Part shown: positions 53,451 to 64,000 of the stretch, piece after piece
How positions within the stretch are numbered: the stretch's first letter is position 1
How the letters are laid out: each line of letters begins with the position of its first letter
Assembly: GCF_009914755.1 (NCBI RefSeq)
Contig: NC_060945.1
DNA from: the human T2T-CHM13v2.0 reference genome, Homo sapiens
Direction: 5' to 3' (one strand)
Length of the DNA stretch: 64,000 bases
Translations under genes and position numbers: made by a program
The notes under the pieces: generated by a model
The model's input: only the letters and a program-made list of their open reading frames with translations
Database searches by the model: none
Told to the model about the DNA's origin: nothing

Positions 53451-55504
53451 TAAATGGTCTTTAGGGATCATTTGGTTTTTGCACCATAGGTGAGCAGAAC
53501 ACCCAAAGCAATGAGTCAAAGTGGATGATATAATTTTTCTTATTCCCAAATGCAAATAAAATGTATCTTCTATAAAGCAGATCTGTAGTATTTCCAAGGA
53601 AAGTGTTATTTTCATTGAAAAACACATACCATGCTTTCTGTAGACTCTTAAATATCAATCTTCAAATTAAAAAAAAGGTTTTACTTCCACTGCCCTCCCC
53701 AACCAGCCCATGAACATGTGGCGCACACACCAGCAGAACACATACATACATAGAATCTGAAATAAACCTACATGTGAAATGACCAAATGGTGCATCTGGA
53801 TTAGAGTTTTAGACAGATCTGTGCTATTATTTAATTTGTTAGCATAATTATATTTTATGTTTTATTTTCTTACACTTAGGAATTTTTAAACTGTAAAAAC
53901 CTTATATTATATCATTACATTATTACCGACATACCTCATTACATTTATCAACTGGTTTTTTTTTTTCAGAATTTTCAAGAGTTGTAGCACATTCATAAGA
54001 TTTTGTGCCTGTTATTCTGTCTTGAATATTGGTGCAAATTTTGTATTTTCATTGCAAAATGCCAGCCTCTTAAGTAACTGTAACTCATCATATGACAGAT
54101 GGAATAAAATGGCTACCAGTAATGCAGAGTTAAGCTAGGAAATAGTTTAGCTTTTAGTGTTAATTTTACTTCAAGGAAATTAGAGCATTTTATACATTTA
54201 TAACCATCAGTCTTGGCTGAAATACTTAATGGAGGCATGATAACATATCTTGTACCTTTATAGATGTTGTAGCTCAAAATTATGTTTAAAAGTTGCTTTT
54301 CCAATTAGGAGATCCTAACTTCGTTGGCAAAGAAATAATACACGGTAAAACAAACAAACCACCAATATAGGCATTATGAAAGAGGAAAAACTTAATAATT
54401 GGCATTGCAAATGGGTAATTATCTAATTATCTACAGAAGAAAATGTTAAATGACATAATAAACAGAATTAGAAAAACTGGGCAAGATACAAATATTAGCT
54501 TTTCAGGTCAGACCATAGCACAAAAGGAGATAGCAAAGTAAGATTTCAGTTTGGGATTAAAACCTCTTAAAAAGGATTTTAAAAAGATCAATTAAATTTG
54601 GGCTTCAATTTCTCCATGAAATGCTACAATGTATGGGATTAAATATATACATTATTGATATGACTAGTTTAAAACTGTTCATGACATCTTACCTGAAGTT
54701 GTATCCCTCCTGGAAGACAAGAATGTAACAAATATTCTGAAAAAACTTCAGAAAGTATATTATTATTGGAATTATAATTATTTGATGAAATTCAATTAGT
54801 GTTTATTAATAATGAGCTTGACATAGAATGCATTATATAGACGGTCACCCAAGTGTCTAATCTTACACACTAAAATATACATGCTGGGAAATGAAGATAG
54901 GGAAAATATAATGATGGCAGAACATAACATTACCAAAATATAAATTGTCTCTAGAGATTATTGTATCTTCCACTGTTCCACAGAAAGAATAATTTTGATA
55001 TTCTATTGCACATTGATAGTCATGGGATCTCTTCAGGAATTTTTTTTTCTTATGATAATGCTTGTGTTCTCGTCTTACAAAATTTTAAGAAAATTTCTTG
55101 TGAAAATGTGCTACTCTCTAAGACAGGCTACTGTCTAATTGTTGCCAAGCACAAGCTATAACTATGATAATGAGATTGGCTTATTTCCTTTGTGTTTGTC
55201 ATTCAGACCTGTTTTAAAATCTTGCAGTTTTAGATGTCAAATAGTCTGTGATGTAAAATCACCTAGATGACATGTTTCCACACTTGTCATCAACATGAAA
55301 TAATCATATTTCAGCACAGCTCCTCTGTCATATGAGAATTATGTGCCACAGAATCCAGATCCTGGAAAACTACAGGACCCTAATGTGTGTGTTATCAGAT
55401 TAAAACACCTGAAAATTTAGAATTTATGCATAATTAGCCATTTCAAAGACTTCACAGAATGAAAATAATCTACTGGGCAAAACATAATATATATATATAT
55501 GAAA

Positions 55505-55735
55505 TCAAACATTGAATGAACACATGCTTTGTGTCAGGCATTGCTCTAAATACTTTAAATATATTCTCATTTAACCTTTCAAATTCTTTATGGGTTGAGT
55601 ACTATTATCATTTCTATGTTATAGTTTGTAAATAGCTTCCAGAAGGTAAGGTCTAAAGTCACATTGCTAGTTTTTGGTTGAAAGGGACTCTGAACCCAGG
55701 CAAGCCAACTCCAGGGTTTGCACACTAATGTATAG
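55505..55735 (-). mobile_element. MIR SINE
   Basis: tgtgtcaggcattgctctaaatacttt...tctcatttaacc...aagtcacattgctagt...gggactctgaacccaggc. Confidence 0.8.
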
Positions 55736-56439
55736 CTATACTTTTAAGAAAACTATGATTACTAGATATTTCAATTATATTTCAAAGGTCTTAGGTAAGT
55801 TAATTGTAGAATTGGGATAATGTCTTGGGTTCTTGGAGTACACTGCAATCACCATGTTCAGCTCTTTAGGATAATATGACAAATTCTAGCCTGTGCACAA
55901 CTGTTTCTCTGCCGGGTACATTTTCAGCTGTTTCTCTCCTTAACCTCTGCAATAGTAATCCAATCACCCTGAGATTCCTCATAGGTATTATAGCACAGCA
56001 TTAAACACTAGCCAGTTTCACCAGGGCTTTACAATTCTTGTTATGCTCTATCTAGGAGAAAACAGAACCAGTTTTTTTTTCTTTTAACTTTTCATCACTG
56101 ATAGAGGCCTGGTCTGAAAGTTTTTTATCATTTGAACCTACAGAACTGGATTCTAGAATTTATAGTGCCTGCCAAGTTGTGTGTAACCCTCGTGCTGGTT
56201 CTTGGGTTCTAATTGCTGCTGCATTCAACCCAACCTCCTGGCACCCCATTTGGACATTCTACATGGAACAATCAATTTCCCACCTTAGAATCTAAATTCT
56301 GATTATTTTAATCCGTGTTGGCTCTCCTTGTCCAGGCTCCCCCTGCCCATGGTTCTGATGTCCCAAAAGGCTTTCATACAGAATGCTGCTACGTAGCAAA
56401 ATAACTTTTATAATAGTTCTTGACTTGGATCTGCTATTT

Positions 56440-56583
56440 GGCTGTAGGTCTGTGAACCCTAACATTACCTGCAACATTATATGCATGTTCATAAGCACAT
56501 TTTTTTTTTTCTGAGCAGGGCCTAGAGTTTTAATTTTTTTCTTTCAAAGGTGTCTGTAATCCAATAATACTTAAAACCACTGC
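56440..56583. mobile_element. hAT-Charlie MITE fragment
   Basis: ggtctgtgaaccc...tcaaaggtgtctgtaatcc...ttaaaaccactg terminal motif. Confidence 0.5.
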
Positions 56584-56633
56584 TACTAACAGATACAAAG
56601 CAAAAGAGAAGGGTGGTTTCTTGTTTTGACACC

Positions 56634-57033
56634 TGTGTTAGTCCATTTTGTGTGGCCATAACAAAATAGCACAAAGTGAGTAATTTATGAAGAACAGAAA
56701 TTTACTCTCTCAAAATTCTGGAGGCTGTAAGTCCAAGATCAAGACTCCAGCAGGTTCAGTGTCTCTGACGGCTGCTGTCCATTTCCAAGATGGTACTTCC
56801 TTGCTGCATCCTCCAGAGGGGAGGAACACTGGGTCTTCATGTGGCAGGAGGCTGAAGGGCAAGAAATCCTAATGCTACATGAAGCGTTAATCCCCTTAAT
56901 CCCATTTACAAGGGGAGGAGCCCTCATGGCCTAACCAGTTTTTAAAGTCCCTACCTCTTAATACATCACATTAAACATTAAGTTTCAACATTTAAATTTG
57001 GAATTTTGGGTAGTATATATTCAAACCATAGCA
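56634..57033 (-). mobile_element. MST (C/D-like) MaLR solo LTR
   Basis: tgtgttagtccattttg...aagtccaagatcaag...ttcaaaccatagca; 5-bp TSD acacc/acccc. Confidence 0.88.
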
Positions 57034-57084
57034 ACCCCTGAATTAAATTATTTAAACATAAAGCAATATGTTCCTGAAATTACT

Positions 57085-57142
57085 ATTTCACATGTTTAAT
57101 ATGTGCATGTGACTACTGGCTAACGTATTGAACAGCACAGCT
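57085..57142. mobile_element. MER3/MER33-like terminal fragment
   Basis: catgtgactactggctaacgtattgaacagcacag. Confidence 0.55.
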
Positions 57143-58680
57143 TATAGCAATAAGTGATGTTGTGCAAGTTTAAAATATGGTGGCAGAGAGTAATATTGCA
57201 ACTGGGCTTTTGATTGTTTGTGAGAACCCAGTATTAACAGTCATATGAACAGTAGAGTATGCCTACTAAGAAGGTATAGTTAAACATTATTGTACATGTT
57301 TGAGTCTAAGAAATGCTAGCTGCATTTGATCTATATCAATGCCATATGGGTTTTTAAAAATCATGTATTGAATGTGATTTTCAAGTGGTTCAATGATGTA
57401 ACAGTGTTGGTAGGGTGATACTTTATAGAAATAAAGTAAATTGTGTAATTGAATTCAGTAGGAATTCATAAGTTCTGAAAATGTGGTAATAGTCTACAAA
57501 CCTTGAAATAAAGTGTAAAATATCACAGCTTTAAACAATGCTGGAATTGGTAAATATTGTTATGAAGACAGTAACAAAACATACTAAATAATTGATAAAG
57601 CTATAAAAACAAATATGAATATAGTATGTTATAAGTAGTGGTTACTAGAGAGCAGATGATAATATACATTATATTTAAACATATCTCTATAGAGTCAACA
57701 AAATAAAATAAACATTTTGGTAAAAATTACGTAAGCAACAAAATGAATTAGAGTGTATCTCTGCCTCATTACAAGTATAACAATAAATATTTTACAAACA
57801 ACTGTTAGAAATCATGTGATAAAATAATAGACGTTAAGGAACTGCAATATTTTCATCCATATTAGTAAATCAGGAGCATCAGGAAAAAAGAGAATAAGTG
57901 TTAATCAAACTGATAGATCATTGGATATCCTTATGAAGGTTGTATTTGCAGCATCAGGTAGAGTTCAGCTCTTCCTGTGACGGGTAAAGTCTTTATCTCT
58001 ATTTTTCTCCCAAGTGTTGACCTTCCAAGATATTATTCTGCAAATCTCTTAGCAAGCACATTTCTGACTTGTACAGCATTGAGCTTAAATCTGTATTGGA
58101 ACAACATTTCAACCGTATTTGAGTCATAGATTATGTTAGTAAAATGTTTATGTTTAAAATTTTTAGGGAAAAGCACCATTCTACTTCTAATTCACAGTGT
58201 AGGTGATGACTTATATTTGTAGGAAAAGTAAAGCTACAGCGCGGTGTTTTCTCTAGTATTGCTCTACCGTCAGAGAGTATTACCCTATTATTGTTCTCTT
58301 TAAATACAGGGTAATATTTGGCTGTGTTCTATAATGCCAACAAATACTTCACCTTAAAGGGCATTTTGGAAAAGTTCTTGTCAAGATTGGTTGACATTAT
58401 TATAATCAAATTAAAGTTTTCCTTGAATAAAAACATCATATACTGAGAGAAAAGAAAAGGATATTTGACGGATAAATGTTGCTTCCATCTTGTTAAAGAG
58501 TCTTTACCATTCCTTTTATAAAAATCTCAGTATTAAGAGTCATGGTCTCTTTAGAACATTGCCTTAAAGTTATCTGTAACAATAAGCATTCCTATGAACT
58601 ATTAGTTTTAAATAGAGTGAAAAGATGTTTCTTTCAAATAATTTTTCTTTGTTGCCAAATTCCCAAACTTTCTTTCAGTC

Positions 58681-58767
58681 AAAAAAAAAAAAAAAAAAAA
58701 AACCACAGGGCAACACACACACAGAGACAGAGAGGGAGAAGAGAGACAGAGACAGAGAGAGAGAGCG
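58681..58767. repeat. A-run plus (CA)/(GA) compound microsatellite
   Basis: Read directly. Confidence 0.9.
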
Positions 58768-58869
58768 AGAATTCACAGAGGGACTGAATGAATGTCCAAG
58801 ATCTTGATATAACGCAAGGGAAATTGAACTGATAATCTTCACCTGTTTGTCCTGTCAGTTTACAAAAAT

Positions 58870-59000
58870 ATAGGCTTTGAGCTCAGGCACCATGGATTGG
58901 GATCCCATCTCTACCTTTTACTTACTGTCATTTAACCACTATAGGTCTCAGTTTTCACACCTTTTAAATGCAGAGAAAGTAGTAATTCCATCATAAAGGC
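58870..59000 (+). mobile_element. MIR fragment
   Basis: aggctttgagctcaggc...gggatcccatctctacc...tctcagttttcacaccttttaaatg. Confidence 0.65.
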
Positions 59001-59021
59001 AAAGATCTTATGCCTTATTTA

Positions 59022-59395
<374 letters not shown>

Positions 59396-60668
59396 GTTGA
59401 AGAAAATATTATGGATATTTATGAATATAAATATTCATAATAAAATAAAATGTTTATGAATGCAATTGAATAACATAACCAACAGATGCTAGGACAACAG
59501 CCAACAGGTGACTATTTGGTAATAATGATAGTTAATTATGCTTCCACTTACTAAGTTATTCTTGTTAATTTAAGCATCGTTTAAACTACATTTTGTATGA
59601 AATGGGTGTATTATTTTATTTCTTACATTCTACTTCAACTGGTTATCTTATATTTATATTGTTGTGTTTCAGCTAGATATGCTGTTGTGTTAGAACATAC
59701 ACTGTTATACACGATATATCTAGAACCTGTATTTTAGCAAACTTTTTGTTTCAGAAAGATAATAGAACTTTTTTCATTATTATACATAAAGTATGCTTTT
59801 TTTCTCCTGTGCTAAAACCTAAAGATTCTGCTTTAATTTTGGCTAAATTATTTTTTTCCCATCACTATCTATATTTAGAGCTTACTTCTGAGTTGTAGTT
59901 GGAAGAATTAAATGTGGGAGAGTATGTTTTGCCAAACCCAATCAGAAGGACTGCCTGGACTCTGTACATGAGCCTGTTGTGACCTGATTCTCATGTATTC
60001 TCGACACAATGCTGAAGGTCCAAAGCCCTGGCACTTCTAGGGAGCAAATACCTCCAGAGTTGAGTAAACCTGAATCAGGAACACTTTCTCTGACTGAATT
60101 CTACCTCAACAATATGCATATTCAAAAAAGAAAAGGTAACATCCTTGGAAAATATGTGCTGGGAACTGCCATATTCAAAATACTTCTAAAATAAATGGAG
60201 AGTTTTTTTTTTTTTTTTTAAACCAGGAAAAAAACTCTTGTGAAGAATTAGTTTCTAAGTTTTTGGTTTCTAAGTAGTTTCTAAGTTTTCTTTGTATTTT
60301 ATTGATCTCAAATGTTGTTGGGTTTTATACATCACGTAACTTTTGATGTTACTTATAGAATACTCTAATTCTATCATTAGATGTGTTTATTTCTGAAAAG
60401 TGAGTGATTGTTGAATAGAATCCCATTAGCAACATTAATGTTACAATTTAAAGACAATAATTTCTTGTAGAACTATGACGAGGATACAAGTTTTGCAATG
60501 TTAAACATTTTTGGAGGTGTACTTCCCTTGAGTGGGCACAGTTTTAGTCATTTTGATCTATTTTTAAGCTTCAGTTTGAAAAAGTCATACCTCATTTGTC
60601 CTTATAAATATTTATGTCATCTTATAACCAAATTAACTCCTAGATTTTCATTTGAAATAACTCACTTT

Positions 60669-60970
<302 letters not shown>

Positions 60971-61739
60971 TCACTTCAATAGTATACACTGCAAAAGCAT
61001 AACTATAAAATGGAATAAGACTTTATATGTTTTGCTTGACATTTTATATGCCTTATATATAACTTTTTTTACTTAAATGAGAATAGAATACAATATTTAA
61101 ACCAATAGCAAGGATGGACTATATGTACAAATCTTCACTATGAGCTTCAAAGGAATGTGTACTAATTGGAAAAACAGAAATAAGGCTAGACATAGAGGAT
61201 TCTGTTATGTCTCCTCCGAGTGACTAAATGGCTTCACAATATTACATATAGAACCTGCAGATGTAGCCCATTATTGACAAATATTATGGTTATTTTGATA
61301 TAAATATTTTGATATTATTTTGGTTATTATCATTTTGGTATCATCTTTATGGCTCAAATAAGTTTTCCAATTTTCCTTGAAACATCTTTAACCCTCCTTA
61401 AACATCCATTTATAAGCAAAGAAGCATATCGTCTCCCATTACCATGTTGGTCCACCTTCAGAACATTAAAAATAACTCATTAATGTAGTCTTCCACCTAA
61501 AGAGTTCTTCTCTAATTTTCTTTAAAAAGTTCTTTAATAAGTTGAATTACTTCACCAGTTAAATTTTAATGTATTTGAGGGCGAACCCCATATTCTTCTT
61601 TTTTTTAGTATCTATTATGATCAATGAAATGTTTCTGTTTCATTGATTATATTAGACTTTTTGTTCGTATGGTGCCTATTTAAACACTGTATTAATAGCA
61701 GTTAATATATATTGAATGGTTAACATTTCCCAATAACGT

Positions 61740-61920
61740 TCTGGCATCTGTAGTAACTGACTTAATTCTCACCCTAATCCTTTGAGATCACACCTATTTT
61801 ACAGACAAGAAAACCAATAAGAAGGATTATTAATTTGCCCAAAACCAATCAGCTATTAAGTGGCCATACTTTTTTTGACCCCCTAGAGTCTGGTTCCAGG
61901 GCCCCATGCTTTTCACTGCC
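61740..61920 (-). mobile_element. MIR SINE
   Basis: ttaattctcacc...cctattttacagacaagaaaacc...aatttgcccaaa...gtctggttccagggccccatgct. Confidence 0.75.
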
Positions 61921-62419
61921 TTAGTGTTTCTAAATTCATCTTCCTAAATATAGGACAAAACCTGAACCCTCCTGAAAGAGCAGTATAAAGTACAAAGGAG
62001 AGAGAAAAGATTGAGCAAAGGGAATAAAACTGCGAGTATGCCAGTTGAGCAAGCCACACGGTAATTTAACATAAGCCACCTGAAGCCAGGGTGAAAATCA
62101 AGGGTGGAAGCACACACACTTCTTGTGATGTGACAGGATGATTCATACCAGTCACTTTTAAAGCACTGTGTAATGAGCAGAGTCCTTAGAAACATCTTAG
62201 CATCAGATCAAGATACTGCTATTCCTCATACTGATTGATCTTTACTGATGTTTTAGACATTATATTTTAAAAATTCTGTGAAAGTGATTCCACGAGGGCA
62301 TTAAGATTGTGCAAATCCAAATATATAGACTTCTGCTGCCTTTATTAAACTGAAAGAATTTTAGGAAGCCTAGAGAAATGTGATGAAAATGATGATGTTG
62401 GTCATGGTCATGATGAAGA

Positions 62420-62610
62420 ATCTTGCCAGTTTACTAGCATCAAGTATAAATTACAATCTTTTGATGTCAGTGATGTTATTTTAGAGCTCAGGAAACTGGA
62501 TCTTGGACAGGCCAAGGGGCACATAAGGTCAAAGAGCAAGTAGGTCCCTGAAGCTCAATCAGCATCTAGACCCTTACTCAAAAATCTATACTCTTCATCC
62601 TTACACTATA
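62420..62610 (-). mobile_element. MIR fragment
   Basis: attttagagctcaggaaactgga...aaggtcaaagagcaagtagg. Confidence 0.45.
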
Positions 62611-62914
62611 GATTTTTTCTCAAATCGGAATTTTGAAGGAAAATAACTACATGAGAAATTAACCATTATACTCTCTAGTTTAGGTATGTAATTGATAATT
62701 TTGATTAAAGACAGATCTACAAGCTATCCAGCAGGTGGGTGGTAAGGTTAACATTTTATAACAGAAGCAGGGACAAATATTGAAGTACTTACCTACTTCA
62801 CCTGGCTCTACTGGAAGGGAGAAGATACCAAGCAAAACAAAATTATCCTTAGAATGAAGTTCTGGTTTATTTCAACTTGCTATTGTTGTTATTGCTGGTT
62901 TTAACATGTGATAA

Positions 62915-63304
62915 CATTAGTTTGTTTGGGCTGCTATAATTAAATACCATAGATTAGGCAGCTTAAACAATAGAAATTTGTTTTCACACGGTTGTAGAGG
63001 TTAGAAGTCATGATCAAGGGCTTTGGTTTCTGGCAAGGGCTCTCTTTCTGGCTTGTAGATGTCCGTCTTCCTATGGCCTCATATGGCTTTTCCTCCATAT
63101 GTGTGTGCACAGAAAGAAAAAGAGTGAATTCTCTCTTGTCTGTTCTTATAAGGACGCTAATACTGTTGGATCAGAGTCCCATCATTATGACCTCGTTTAA
63201 CCTTCATTACTTCTTTAGAGGTTCCATCCCTGCGTATAGTCACACTGCGGGTTAGGGCTTCAACATGTAAATTTTAAGAGGATACAAACATTCAGTCCAT
63301 AACA
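62915..63304 (-). mobile_element. MLT1B-like MaLR solo LTR
   Basis: gggctgctataattaaataccatagattaggcagcttaaacaatagaaattt...ttagggcttcaacat...attcagtccataaca. Confidence 0.88.
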
Positions 63305-64000
63305 ATATGAAAACCTCAACTTGTCTCTAGGTTTATCAGAGGCTCTCTAAAAGCTTTGTTAAACCTCGTAGCATGGAGTCACATTGCTATCTATATTCTC
63401 GTTGTAAATACACACATCCAGATTCAAGTTGTCAATTGCTTCCACCCTTTACCACCTCCAAGCTATTCTTGGGGCCACATTCTCTCGCTTTGGCTCCCAG
63501 AGTTTCAGGCAGAAAAGAGAGTGCTATTGGTTGCCACTTCTCAAGCCCTCCAGTAACATCTACATTCAACTTTGCCTCCTCCTCCACCTTGTTATGAATT
63601 GCAAGACCCCATGAAAATCAATGGAACACATTCCTTAGAAAAAGAATGGGGAGCCCTACTCTAGAACTTCACTAATATTTTGAAGAGCAAATTCTTCAAG
63701 GGAATGGTCAAACCAATAATTTCTGCTTCTCAGAAAATACTTGTCACAATAGAAATTGAGGTTTGATAATACAGATTCTGTCCTAAAATATTATGATTCC
63801 TTTGGTGATTAATGAAAGTAAACTATCACATTAACATTTTGATGTGATATAACTCATTAACATATAGTCTTATGAAAAAAATTATTGATTTTTACATAGC
63901 CATACTAAATATTAAACTCACTACTATAAAATTAGCTTATTGTTTAATTATTCCACAAAAGAGGAATATATATTTCAGATCATTTTCCATTTTCTAAAAT

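Overview
AT-rich primate (very likely human) genomic DNA that reads as the interior of one long, probably + strand gene. It contains one convincing 60-nt exon candidate (16617-16676), which I cannot assign to a gene. Repeats dominate: a full-length, inactive, sense-oriented L1PA7-like LINE-1 (9889-16261), 18 Alu/FLAM copies, six MaLR solo LTRs all on the minus strand, L2/MIR/L1M/MER relics and microsatellites. The long ORFs in the supplied track are decayed L1 ORF1/ORF2; most of the rest are Alu, LTR or simple-repeat artefacts or short chance ORFs. I found no rRNA, tRNA, CRISPR array, CpG island or novel coding system. The signals not explained by repeats are three short dispersed local duplications 1.3-1.6 kb apart, two template-switch-like scars, a scrambled L1 composite inserted into a MER5 element, close inverted Alu pairs, three TGACA (TALE homeodomain motif) clusters in unique DNA, and two recursive-splice-site candidates. 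Subfamily calls come from remembered consensus sequences and need RepeatMasker/Dfam confirmation.
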